From: Desulfobacterales bacterium
Lineage (GTDB): Bacteria > Desulfobacterota > Desulfobacteria > Desulfobacterales > UBA5852
NCBI GenBank assembly: GCA_963674755.2
Contig: CAXXVS010000002.1
Span: 2,272,001 to 2,336,000, forward strand
DNA: 64,000 bases
Reading direction: 5' to 3'
The notes under the pieces are model-generated. The model was not told where the DNA came from. It saw nothing but the letters and a program-made list of their open reading frames with translations, and ran no database searches. Of this stretch, positions 1-9,548 are shown one piece after another; the stretch's first letter is position 1; each line of letters starts with the position of its first letter. Position numbers and translations under genes: made by a program.

Positions 1-442
1 CGAACCCGTCCAGATCCACCTCCAGGGCCCGGGCCATGACCTCCAGGAAGCGTCCCGTCCCGGCCGCACACTTGTCGTTCATGGCAAATTCCCGCACCCC
101 GCCGGCTTCGTTCAGGGCGATGGCCTTGCTGTCCTGGCCGCCGATATCGATGATGGAGCGGATGGCCGGATTCTGGAAGTAGGCCCCCTTGGCATGGCAG
201 GTGATCTCCGTAACCGCCTTGTGGGCAAAATCCACGCTGTTGCGGCCGTAGCCCGTGGCCACGATGCGCTCCACGGCCGAGGCCTCGATCCCCAGTCCTT
301 CCAAAAGCCCCTCGTATACCGCCCGGCCGGCGTTGCGGGCGTTGTAACCCGTCAAAATAACCTTGCACCCCGCCAGCTCACCGTCCTTGAGCAAGGCGGC
401 TTTGGCGCTGATAGAACCTACGTCGATACCTACGGCGAGCAT
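1..442 (-). CDS. Acyl-CoA dehydratase activase (HgdC/BcrA-D ASKHA ATPase), runs off the window edge
   Basis: Manual translation, absent from the ORF track: MLAVGIDVGSISAKA...VATGYGR...TEITCHAKGA...IIDIGGQDSK...MNDKCAAGTGRFLEVMA. Confidence 0.92.
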   Translation of the reverse strand, partial: MLAVGIDVGSISAKAALLKDGELAGCKVILTGYNARNAGRAVYEGLLEGLGIEASAVERIVATGYGRNSVDFAHKAVTEITCHAKGAYFQNPAIRSIIDIGGQDSKAIALNEAGGVREFAMNDKCAAGTGRFLEVMARALEVDLDGF

Positions 443-510
443 CTTAAGTATTCCCCTTTGTTTGGGTTACGATAGGGTGAACCAGCCTTGGATGCCCCAG
501 AAAAATAATA

Positions 511-545
511 GATGCTGGATACTGCATACAGGATGCTGGATACTG
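511..545. repeat. Tandem heptamer repeat (GATRCTG-type x5), inverted relative to 1009-1064
   Basis: gatgctg gatactg catacag gatgctg gatactg. Confidence 0.85.
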
Positions 546-584
546 CAAAAGCGTTGCCTTGAATTTAAGAAATTGGATCGATCA

Positions 585-962
585 CTATTTCTCACTGGAA
601 TGTTTTTTCATAACCGATTGAATAAATAAATTTATTTTCTTCCCAAGCATCGTGAGATCGCTATGAAGCTTTTCATACTGGACGTTATCGGCGAAGCTTT
701 TTGTTTCGTATAAGGTTTCAAGGTGATCGATGGTTTCATCGTTTGATGCCTGGGCATACGTAAGAAACCGCAGGAATTCCTGTTTATATCGTCTCCGTCC
801 ATATCCTTCGACGATATTGGACTTTACCGATTTTATCGATCTCCGAATCTGGCTGCCCTCCTCGTACATTTCAAATTTCGGTAACTCCCGGAGAGTCAAC
901 GCATGGATCTCGACCACAATTGCTTTCGCAAGCTGCCAGATCTCAAGATTTCGATAACTCAT
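585..962 (-). CDS. Four-helix-bundle protein (23S rRNA IVS protein-like family)
   Basis: Y.NLEIWQ.A...[27 protein letters not shown]...EF.RFL..A..S..ET; lower GC than neighbours. Confidence 0.9.
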   Translation of the reverse strand: MSYRNLEIWQLAKAIVVEIHALTLRELPKFEMYEEGSQIRRSIKSVKSNIVEGYGRRRYKQEFLRFLTYAQASNDETIDHLETLYETKSFADNVQYEKLHSDLTMLGKKINLFIQSVMKKHSSEK

Positions 963-1008
963 ACCCCTCCGCTCAAAGCATCACTTCTACGCTCTCGCCT
1001 GTCATATC

Positions 1009-1064
1009 AAGCATCCAGTATCCAGCATCGAGCATCCAGTATCCAGTATCCAGTATCCAGTTTC
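1009..1064. repeat. Tandem heptamer repeat (CAGYATC-type x8)
   Basis: aagcatc cagtatc cagcatc gagcatc cagtatc cagtatc cagtatc cagtttc. Confidence 0.9.
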
Positions 1065-2301
1065 ACCCCTTCAAAACTTCCATAAAGGCATCGATCCGGG
1101 TCTCCACCTGGCTTTCCGAAAAGCTGCGGGCATCGGTCATGTTGGCCTCAATGATCAGGGTGGGCAGGCCGCGTTTTTCCTGGACGATGCGGGCGATGTC
1201 GTACTGTCCGATGGAGTAGGGTTTGCAGCTGCGGTTGGAATGCATGACCAGACCGTCCACGTCGTATTTGTCGATCATCTCCAGCACCATCTCGGCCATG
1301 CGGTCGGTGCCGATGTTGAGGTAGATACGCGAATAGCCCTCGGCCATGGAGGCCAGGAAATCGTCTTCCTTGAGGTAGGGCAGCGACCCGCACCAGGCCG
1401 AGGTATAGGTATCCGCCACCAGGCAGGCGTTGTGGGCGGCGAATTTCTCCGACAGCCATCTGGTCCGGTACCAGATGGGCAGGTTGTCCCAGAGCAGGCG
1501 GTATTCTTCATGGGGTACGGCGCTGATGCCTTCGGCCACACGGGTCTTCATTTCCGCCAGCAGCCCGGTGTAGTAGTCCACGACCGTTTGGGTCCCCCGC
1601 AGGGTCACGATCAGGGCCAGATGGAAGAAGGCGTCGAAGGCGCTCATGGGCGCCGGTTTGTTCGTGGTGGTGTCGAGCACGGCCTGCCAGAGCGTTTGCC
1701 CCTCCATGGAAAGCCGGCCCACCTCCTGGAGGCGGTCCCGGTCGCAGGACTTGCCGCAGGCCTTTTCAAGAAAGAGGAGATATTCGTCGAGCTGCCGGCG
1801 CACGTAGATCCGCGCTTCCTCCGAAAATTCGGTGTGGCAGAAGGGGGTGTCGAGAATGAAGAGGGGCACGTCGTAATAACGGGCCTGAACCTCGTACCAC
1901 TTGAGCACCGTGCCGCAGATATTGTTGCCGCACACCAGCATGTCCGGTTTGGGAAGGCCGCCGATGGGCCCGCCGTTCACCGTGGAGCAGGCGATGTCGG
2001 CCAGGGCATAGGTGCACAGATCGCCGGAATAGCCCATGCCCTCGGCCTTTTCGCAAAGCTCGGTCCCCATCTTGGAAGCCCCGATCATGGCCCCGTGGTT
2101 TTCCGGATAGACCGGAATCACGTCCATGGCGATCAGCGGCTCCACCGGTCCCCCGCTGGTGATCCAGGCCACCTTCTTGCCGGTCTGCTCGGCGGTCTTG
2201 GCATCGATGTAGTAATGGGTCATGATCTCTTTCATCTTCGCCACCGACTTGATCTTGCGCCGCTCCTTATCGGGATCGACAGGCTTGTCCGTTGCGTTCA
2301 T
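1063..2301 (-). CDS. 2-hydroxyacyl-CoA dehydratase / benzoyl-CoA reductase family subunit (HgdA/BcrB-like)
   Basis: YPENHGA, GYSGDLCTYA, NNICGTVLKWYE, HSNRSCK, TRIDAFME motifs; clustered with activase. Confidence 0.9.
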   Translation of the reverse strand: MNATDKPVDPDKERRKIKSVAKMKEIMTHYYIDAKTAEQTGKKVAWITSGGPVEPLIAMDVIPVYPENHGAMIGASKMGTELCEKAEGMGYSGDLCTYALADIACSTVNGGPIGGLPKPDMLVCGNNICGTVLKWYEVQARYYDVPLFILDTPFCHTEFSEEARIYVRRQLDEYLLFLEKACGKSCDRDRLQEVGRLSMEGQTLWQAVLDTTTNKPAPMSAFDAFFHLALIVTLRGTQTVVDYYTGLLAEMKTRVAEGISAVPHEEYRLLWDNLPIWYRTRWLSEKFAAHNACLVADTYTSAWCGSLPYLKEDDFLASMAEGYSRIYLNIGTDRMAEMVLEMIDKYDVDGLVMHSNRSCKPYSIGQYDIARIVQEKRGLPTLIIEANMTDARSFSESQVETRIDAFMEVLKG

Positions 2302-2402
2302 CTATTCCTCCTCAAACATCTTCTCCGGCACTTACCGGAGGGATCATCTTCGATTATCAAGTCTGTATTGCATTCTCCGAATGATTGCCGACGATGCCCT
2401 AT

Positions 2403-2544
2403 GTGTCCGATCCAGAAATGAGGATTTTTGGTTCTGATCACGGCCGCACAAGGGTTTGGAGCGGGGCGTACATTGGTACGCCGCAGCCGCCAAACCCGCG
2501 GAGAACGAAGCGCAGGGCAAAAAAGACCATTTCTGGACGGACAC
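2403..2544. repeat. MITE/REP-like intergenic element with about 17-bp terminal inverted repeats
   Basis: gtgtccgatccagaaatg ... catttctggacggacac. Confidence 0.6.
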
Positions 2545-3662
2545 TAGAGCATTTCGATGAACGCTTCGCAGCGCGTCCGGAATTGACCGTCGGATGCCGT
2601 CTGCTCCTCCAGTTCCACCAAAAGCGTGGGGATACCGGCGGCGTCCAGCATTTCCTTCAGATAAGGATAGTCGAAGGCATGGGGGTCGCAGAATTTGAGA
2701 TACAGGAAGACAACCCCCCGGGCCTTGCTCTCCCGTGCCAGATGCACCAGATCTTCCCCGCGGCGTTTGATGCCGGCGTGCTTGGCCGGGCAGACCGCCC
2801 GCCCGGTGTAGCGGCGGGCAATGGCGCCCATCAGATCGCCCTCCAACGCGATGGTTCCCGTCAACTGGCGGGATCCGGTGCACAGATCGTCCCCCACCAC
2901 TACACCGCCGGCCGCTTCGATGACGCTGTAGATATCGGGCAGGTTGCAGACGCCGCCGGAAAGGAAGATCCGTTTGGCATCGTGGCAGGCCGGGTTCGCC
3001 TGGGTGGCCAGTTCTTCCACGACGGTGAGCAGATTTTTAAGAAAATCGTGGCGGTCCATGACCATGGCGGACCGGGTGATGGCATGGACATCCCGGCCGG
3101 CCATAACGCCGGGGCAGTCCCGCCGTATGGTGTAGAGGGTCTGCATGGCGGACCGGATGCGGTTGCAGGTGTCGATCGCCTCCCGGAGATTGGCGTCGGA
3201 AATGGTCGTGTCCAGCAAGCCTTCCAGCTCGGAGCGGGCCTTTGCCATGACGGCCCGCATGTAATCCTGGGCGCTGGCGGTGTCGAGCTTCACCGGCAGG
3301 ACCACATCCAGATGAAAACCGGTTTGGGCATTCATACGCCATAAATCCGAGAGCCGCTGGATGGAATCGCAGGTATGGGGAAAGATGGTACCGTCCAGGA
3401 AATCCAGCCGCTGGTTGAGGGCGTCTTCCAGAGCGCCGCGCACCAGGCTGCAGCAATAGGCCTGCAAATGGGCATCGGCCTTGGAAATCGCCCCGCTGCC
3501 CCCCACGATGCGGTATCCCAGGGCACCGGCCGCCAGAATCAACTCCTCCGGGGCATAGGAGCAGAAGGTTCCCACGACCTTGCCCCCGGTGCGCGCCTTC
3601 CACTCCCGGGCATAGGCCTGGGGATCGGCGGCAACATCATGAAACACTTGCATGGCATCCAT
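2544..3662 (-). CDS. 2-hydroxyacyl-CoA dehydratase / benzoyl-CoA reductase family subunit (HgdB/BcrC-like)
   Basis: FCSYAPEELILAAG, HLQAYCCSL, HTCDSIQRL, DDLCTGSR, KFCDPHAFDYP; start set at the ATG after RBS GAAGGAG. Confidence 0.9.
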   Translation of the reverse strand: MDAMQVFHDVAADPQAYAREWKARTGGKVVGTFCSYAPEELILAAGALGYRIVGGSGAISKADAHLQAYCCSLVRGALEDALNQRLDFLDGTIFPHTCDSIQRLSDLWRMNAQTGFHLDVVLPVKLDTASAQDYMRAVMAKARSELEGLLDTTISDANLREAIDTCNRIRSAMQTLYTIRRDCPGVMAGRDVHAITRSAMVMDRHDFLKNLLTVVEELATQANPACHDAKRIFLSGGVCNLPDIYSVIEAAGGVVVGDDLCTGSRQLTGTIALEGDLMGAIARRYTGRAVCPAKHAGIKRRGEDLVHLARESKARGVVFLYLKFCDPHAFDYPYLKEMLDAAGIPTLLVELEEQTASDGQFRTRCEAFIEML

Positions 3663-3775
3663 GGCGACACTCCTTCTCAAATCGGCAACCGGTCCGTAGA
3701 AAACGGCCCTGCCGTTCTTGGTAACATCAATGCGGCAACTCAGGATCAGGGATTAAACAGCGGTATGGGGCAATT

Positions 3776-5494
3776 TCAGCCCTCATCGGATCCTGTTGGG
3801 TCTTTGCCCTTGGCGGCCTCCTCGGCGGCGAGTTCCGCAAAGGCCACCTTGCCCACCAGCGTGAGGGGCAATTCCTGGCGGAATTCGATTTCCCGGGGGC
3901 AGCTCCAAAGGATAAGATCTTTACGGCAGAAGTCGATCAGCTCCTTTTCCATGGCGGGCCCGGCCTTGGCCGGATCCTTCAGCACCACGAACCCCTTGAC
4001 CCGCTCCACCTGTTTTGCGTCCGGCACACCGATGATGCACACCTCCTGCACCCCCGGATGCCGGTAAAGCTGCTCTTCCACCTGGGCCGGATAGACGTTC
4101 ATGCCCGAAGACTTGATCATGCGTTTCTCCCGCAGGCGGAAGTAGAAGAACCCGTCCCTGTCCATGGTGCCGATATCGCCGGTGTGCAGCCAGGTTTTTC
4201 CGTCCGGGTGGACCTGCAGGGCCTGGGCCGTTTCCTCGGGCTGGTCCAGATAGCCCATCATGACGGCCGGACCGTGGAGGCAGATCTCGCCTTCCTCGCC
4301 CGGCGGCAGGGCCTCCGTGGTGCCGGAGCGCACGATCCGCGCTTCCATATCCGGGAAAGGAATGCCGACGCTGTTTTCGCGGTACTCGCTCATGGGCATG
4401 GCCATGATGGCGGTCACCGCCTCGGTCAGACCGTAGCCCTCCCTGAGCTGGGTATTGCCCCCCTGCTGACGGACGATGGCCTCGAAACGCTCCTTGACCT
4501 TGCGCGGCAAGGTGTCGGCCCCGCAGAAGGCGGCTTTGATGCAGCTGAGATCGGTTTTCCGGAACACCGGGTTGCGGTTCAGGGCCTCGAAAAGGGTCGG
4601 CACGCCCACAATGAAATTGGGCCGCTTGCGCCGGATCAGTTTGGCCACCTCCTCCGGTGTGAACTGGGGCACCATGATACTCTTGGCGCCCCCCATGAAG
4701 GCCGCGTTGAGGCATACGCCCAGGCCGAACCCGTGAAACACCGGCAGAATGGCCAGGATCGCATCGCCGGCCGTCAAGTCTCCCCAGGCCGAGACCTGCA
4801 TGCCTTCAGCAATAAAATTCCGGTTGGACAGCATGATGCCTTTGGGCTTGCCGGTGGTGCCGCCGCTGTAGAGGATGACGGCCAGGTCTTCGAAACGGGC
4901 CGGTCCCTTGTCCACCCGGGGATGAGGGCCGCTCATCAGGGCCCGCCACCAGACCACCATGGGGTCGTCCGGCACCTTGGGAATCTTGCGGCCTTTGGTC
5001 AGCTGGAAGCCGATGCGCATGATCCGGCCCAGATAGTCGGGGATGCGGGCCAGAACCAGTTTCTCCACCGGAGTGCTGTCCAGGATCGATTTAAACTTGC
5101 CGTAGAAGGCGTCCAGGGTCAGGGCAAAGCGGCTCCGGCTGAGATTGAGATAGAAGGCGATCTCGGTGGCCGTCGAGAGGGGGTGAATCATGCTGGCCAC
5201 CCCACCCAGTTTATTGACCGCGTAGAATCCGATCACCGCCTGGGGGCAAGTGGGCATGGCGATCGTCATGCGGTCGCCGGCCCTCATCCCCAAATCCGCC
5301 AGGGCATCGGCACAGCGATCGATTTCGGCCACGAACTGCCGGTAGGTCGCCTGCCGGCCGAAAAAATCATAGGCCGCCGCCTCCGGGCACCGTTCAGCGG
5401 TCAGCGCCAGGGCTTCGTACATGGTCACTTGGGGATAATCGATGTGATGGGGCACATCACCGTAGTAAGCGAGCCAGGGTTGGTCAGGGGTCAT
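3776..5494 (-). CDS. Long-chain fatty acid--CoA ligase (AMP-binding family)
   Basis: YSGGTTGKPKG, EGYGLTE, WLHTGDIG, C-terminal GKV. Confidence 0.93.
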   Translation of the reverse strand: MTPDQPWLAYYGDVPHHIDYPQVTMYEALALTAERCPEAAAYDFFGRQATYRQFVAEIDRCADALADLGMRAGDRMTIAMPTCPQAVIGFYAVNKLGGVASMIHPLSTATEIAFYLNLSRSRFALTLDAFYGKFKSILDSTPVEKLVLARIPDYLGRIMRIGFQLTKGRKIPKVPDDPMVVWWRALMSGPHPRVDKGPARFEDLAVILYSGGTTGKPKGIMLSNRNFIAEGMQVSAWGDLTAGDAILAILPVFHGFGLGVCLNAAFMGGAKSIMVPQFTPEEVAKLIRRKRPNFIVGVPTLFEALNRNPVFRKTDLSCIKAAFCGADTLPRKVKERFEAIVRQQGGNTQLREGYGLTEAVTAIMAMPMSEYRENSVGIPFPDMEARIVRSGTTEALPPGEEGEICLHGPAVMMGYLDQPEETAQALQVHPDGKTWLHTGDIGTMDRDGFFYFRLREKRMIKSSGMNVYPAQVEEQLYRHPGVQEVCIIGVPDAKQVERVKGFVVLKDPAKAGPAMEKELIDFCRKDLILWSCPREIEFRQELPLTLVGKVAFAELAAEEAAKGKDPTGSDEG

Positions 5495-5551
5495 GATTCG
5501 TCAGGCCTTTGCAATAAATGGTGATTTGAGCCATCGGGTCGTTTGGCAGTT

Positions 5552-5580
5552 CTAATATCGACCAGCGGTCGATCGGTCAA
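5552..5580 (-). promoter_or_regulatory. Sigma70-like promoter of the ligase operon containing a perfect palindrome (candidate TetR operator)
   Basis: Minus strand TTGACC-17nt-TATTAG; ATCGACC-agc-GGTCGAT (5557-5573) lies in the spacer; divergent tetR adjacent. Confidence 0.6.
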
Positions 5581-5708
5581 CCAATAATTGCATTTTCTCC
5601 TTCAAAATGCTATCGACAATACGATCAACTCCAGATTCATCCATTTTCCCGCCAACAAAGAAGCGATAGCTTTCTGGACCAAATCTTATAGGCGAGGGTG
5701 AGGGCCCG

Positions 5709-6356
5709 ATGGGAAAAAAAGACACCTTGAGCAAACTCCGGCAAAGAGAGCGGGAAACCCGTGAAGACTTGATTATCGACGCGGCCCGGACCGTTTTCGG
5801 CGCCAAGACCTACGACAAGGTCAGCATGCAGGAAATCGCCAATGCGGCCGGGATCGCCAAATCCTCCATCTATACCTATTTTACCAATCAGGAAGCCCTG
5901 TTTGTGGAGGCCGCCTATCGGGATACCCAGCGCTTCATCGGCGAACTCGAGGCCCGCTTGCAGGACAAGGACGATTCCCGGAAACTTGAAACTCTGATCG
6001 CCCACTTCCTGGAATACAACACCCGCAACGAAGTCTACTGGCAGATGATCACGCGCTTTTCCCTCTACGGCGAGATCAGCGGGGAATCCTCTCGCAAACT
6101 CGATGTGGTGGCCCGGCGCTTCATGGACCTGCTCGACCTGGTCTTTGCCGATGCCCCCGCCGGCACGGATAAACGCCTGCTCTCCCATACGCTTTTTGCC
6201 TCCTTGAGCGGCATCCTGATTGCGTTTCGCAAATATCCCGGCCGCTCCGAGGCGGAAAGTCTGGCCCACATGCAGCGGGTGGGACGCCTGATCAAGGACA
6301 TGTTCGACGGCTACCTGGGCCGCACCGGCGAGGCGGCCTCAAGCGGGCCGGCATGA
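5709..6356 (+). CDS. TetR/AcrR family transcriptional regulator
   Basis: N-terminal HTH IIDAARTVF...SMQEIANAAGIAKSSIYTYF. Confidence 0.93.
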   Translation: MGKKDTLSKLRQRERETREDLIIDAARTVFGAKTYDKVSMQEIANAAGIAKSSIYTYFTNQEALFVEAAYRDTQRFIGELEARLQDKDDSRKLETLIAHFLEYNTRNEVYWQMITRFSLYGEISGESSRKLDVVARRFMDLLDLVFADAPAGTDKRLLSHTLFASLSGILIAFRKYPGRSEAESLAHMQRVGRLIKDMFDGYLGRTGEAASSGPA

Positions 6357-6451
6357 TGACGGAGTCGCCCTGAGCCTGCCCGACCGTATTGCTGGAATCC
6401 TTCCTATCCCAAAGTGGTTTGCCGAGCACTTTCATCGACGGAGGTCACGAC

Positions 6452-7758
6452 ATGTCGTGGGAAAAAAACCTGGCCCTTGTCACGATCGTTCTGGTGCTGG
6501 TCCTGTTGGGCATCGTTTGGGGGGTTTCCCGCCATGGTTTCAATTATCTAAAACCGGTGGTGATCGAGCAGGTGCGGGCTGCCACCGGACGTGAAATAAC
6601 CATCGCGGGCGATCTCCGTCTTAAAATCGGCCTATCCCCGACCCTGGTCACCGGACCGGTCTCGCTGCGCAACCCCGACTGGAGCTCCCAGCCGGACATG
6701 TTGACCGTCCAGACGCTGGAGCTCCAGATCAGTCTTCTGGCGCTCCTCTCCAAAGACGTCCTGATCAAGCACCTGCTGTTGACCAGACCGGTCGTACTGG
6801 TGGAGGAAAAGGCCGACGGCCGCCGCAACAACTGGCAGTTCGAAGGGACCCTCGGCCAACCGGCCCCCGGTCCTCTATCCGGCTCTGGCAGCTACCATGT
6901 CCAGCTTCATGAGGTGGATATCCGGGACGGGACCCTGCGCTACCAAAATGACAAGACCGGGAAAACCACCCGCCTCGAAATCGCTAAACTCACCTTAGAA
7001 CGACAGGGCGGAGCCCTGCCCCTCAGAATGACGATGGAAGCCGCCTACGACCGGAAGACATTCTCTCTCGAGGGCGGTGTCGGTTTGCTGAACGATCTGC
7101 TGAACCCCGGGAAGGACTGGGCGTTCGAACTGGCCGTGAAGGCCGGGGGCTTTCCGTGGCCGAACTGATGGGCAGTTTGAACGGCCACGCCACACTGATT
7201 TCGGGCAAGGGCCGCCTGGGCAAGCTGTTTTTCGGCCTGTTCGACGAGGGCCTCGCGCGTCAATTGATCACGCTTCTCAATCCGCGCCAAAAACAATCCG
7301 ACGCGACCCCCATCGAATGTCTCGTGATCCGCTTCGACAGTACGAACGGTTTGGCCGATTTGTCCCGATTGGTCTGGGTAACCCCCGATGCCGTCGTGGT
7401 GGGCGGCGGCCATATCGATCTGGGCACCGAAAAAATCGATATCGGCATTCAACCCACCCCCAGGCAGGGTAAAATCAGTCTCGGTGCCCTCACCAAACCT
7501 TTCCGGATGGGGGGCACCCTGGCGGCGCCCGCCCTGCGGATCGATGCCACCGCCACGGCCCTCATCGCCGGCCGGATTGCGGGCGGACTGCTCTTCGGCC
7601 CGATAGGCCTTGCCTTGGCATTTTCCGATATTGTCGGTACTGAAGGCGGCAATCCCTGCGTGGCCGCGGTCGCGGCGGCTGAAAAAGGTGTCGTTCCCCA
7701 AGAGAAGGGGTTTTTGGAAAAGCTGGAAGACAAACTTCGCTTCTGGCGCGATGAATAA
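6452..7758 (+). pseudogene. AsmA family protein, split into two frames (6452-7168 and 7156-7758) with probable internal deletion
   Basis: AsmA N-terminus (ATGREITIAGDL, NPDWS.QP.M) joined out of frame to an AsmA C-terminus (SVAELMGSLNG, IECLVIRF, GGGHIDLGTE, PFRMGGTLAAP). Confidence 0.7.
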
Positions 7759-7791
7759 AGCGTACCGACGATCTTCGGAAAGGGAGTTGAA

Positions 7792-9429
7792 ATGACATCG
7801 ACACAGGTGGAGGCCACGCTGGCCATCGATCTCGGCACCTCCGGCCCCAAGGTGGCGCTGGTTTCCGTGCAAGGGCAGGTTCTGGCTTGCGAGATCGAAA
7901 AAACCCCGCTGACCCTGCTGCCCGGAGGCGGCGCCGAACAGGACCCGGAGGACTGGTGGCAGGCCATCTGCCGGGCCAGCCGCCGCCTGCTGGCACGGCC
8001 CGAGGCGCAGAACATCCCCATCGTGGGGGTATGCGCCACCACCCAGTGGTCCGGCACGGTGGCCGTGGATCGAGGGGGCAACCCTCTGGGCAATGCCATC
8101 ATCTGGATGGATTCCCGCGGGGCTCCTTATGTACGCCGCATCACCTCCGGGCCGGTACGGCTGGCAGGCTTCGGCATCGACAAGCTGTGGACCTGGGTGC
8201 GGCTGACCGGCGGCATCCCCAGCCCGTCCGGCAAAGATCCCATCGCCCACATTCTTTTTCTCCAGCATGAAAAGCCCGAAATTTACCGCGCGGCCTACAA
8301 ATTCCTGGAACCCAAGGACTATCTCAATCTGAAGATGACGGGCCGCTATGCCGCCGCCTATGATTCGATCACGCTCCACTGGGTGACGGACAACCGCCGC
8401 ATCGACCGCATCGGCTACCATGACGGTCTGCTCAAATTGGCGGGTCTGGACCGGGCCACCCTGCCGGAGCTCAAATCGGCCGTGGATATCCTGGGGCCGC
8501 TGCTCCCGGCGGCCGCCCGGGATCTCGGCCTGCCGGACAGCCTGCCGGTGGTCATGGGCACCCCGGACCTGCATTCGGCCGCCATCGGCTCCGGGGCCGT
8601 GCGCGACTATGAGGCCCACCTCTATATCGGCACCTCCTCCTGGCTGACCTGCCATGTGCCGTTTAAAAAAACCGATCTCCTGCACAACATGGCCGCCATC
8701 CCCTCGGCCATCCCCGGCCGCTATTTCATTGCCAACGAACAGGAAACCGCCGGGGGCTGCCTGGCTTTCCTGCGGGACAAGATCCTCTTCCCGCCTGCGG
8801 ATGCGTCTGCCGCCGACACGGAAGAGCGCCGCTTCACCGCCCTGGAAGCCCTGGCCAGGCAGGTGCCGGCCGGCAGCCGGGGCTTGATCTTCACCCCCTG
8901 GCTCTATGGGGAGCGCACACCGGTGGAGGATCATGCCGTACGGGGCGGATTCCACAACCTCTCCCTGGAGGCGGACCGGGGCGCCCTGGTGCGCGCCGTG
9001 ATGGAAGGCGTGGCCTACAACACCCGCTGGCTGATGGGCTACGTGGAAAAATTCATCCGGCGCAAACTGACCCGAATCCGCATGGTGGGCGGGGGTGCCA
9101 ATTCCGACCTCTGGTGCCAGATATGCGCCGATGTCCTCGATCGCACCGTTCTCCAGGTTCGCGATCCGGTGACCGTCAACGCCCGGGGCGCCGGCATCCT
9201 GGCCGCCGTGGCCCTGGGCTACGGCCGGTTCGAGGACATCGCAGGACAGGTGGCCATCGCCGGCACCTACACACCCGATCCCGGGCGGCACCAGCGCTAC
9301 CAACCGCTGTTTCGCGCCTTCCTGGACATCTACCGCCGCAACCGCCGGATCTATGCGGGACTGAATCACCGGAAGCCTTCGGGGTGTGCCTCGGGAGAAA
9401 CTCCGGGAAGTAACCGATCCAACGGCTAG
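7792..9429 (+). CDS. FGGY family carbohydrate kinase (xylulokinase-like)
   Basis: IDLGTSGPK, AEQDPEDWW, WMDSR, YIGTSSW, GERTP, RAVMEGVA, GGGANS. Confidence 0.92.
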   Translation: MTSTQVEATLAIDLGTSGPKVALVSVQGQVLACEIEKTPLTLLPGGGAEQDPEDWWQAICRASRRLLARPEAQNIPIVGVCATTQWSGTVAVDRGGNPLGNAIIWMDSRGAPYVRRITSGPVRLAGFGIDKLWTWVRLTGGIPSPSGKDPIAHILFLQHEKPEIYRAAYKFLEPKDYLNLKMTGRYAAAYDSITLHWVTDNRRIDRIGYHDGLLKLAGLDRATLPELKSAVDILGPLLPAAARDLGLPDSLPVVMGTPDLHSAAIGSGAVRDYEAHLYIGTSSWLTCHVPFKKTDLLHNMAAIPSAIPGRYFIANEQETAGGCLAFLRDKILFPPADASAADTEERRFTALEALARQVPAGSRGLIFTPWLYGERTPVEDHAVRGGFHNLSLEADRGALVRAVMEGVAYNTRWLMGYVEKFIRRKLTRIRMVGGGANSDLWCQICADVLDRTVLQVRDPVTVNARGAGILAAVALGYGRFEDIAGQVAIAGTYTPDPGRHQRYQPLFRAFLDIYRRNRRIYAGLNHRKPSGCASGETPGSNRSNG

Positions 9430-9548
9430 CCGGCGGAAGTCCTTTCAGGATAGACGCAAAATACGGTCTTGCAAGCGATCGGCGCGGTTGGTGAAAACGG
9501 CCGCCGAGAGGATCCAAAGGGAATTCGGTCTCACGGTTCGGGCGCAGG

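Noticed and set aside
920..1219. ORFs with SSIQYP repeats
   Set aside because: Translation artefact of the heptamer DNA repeat.
7045..9369. Long antisense ORFs (774 aa here; also 1240-2421, 4058-5524, 17863-19326, 21549-22967)
   Set aside because: Shadow frames of GC-rich genes with clear families on the opposite strand.
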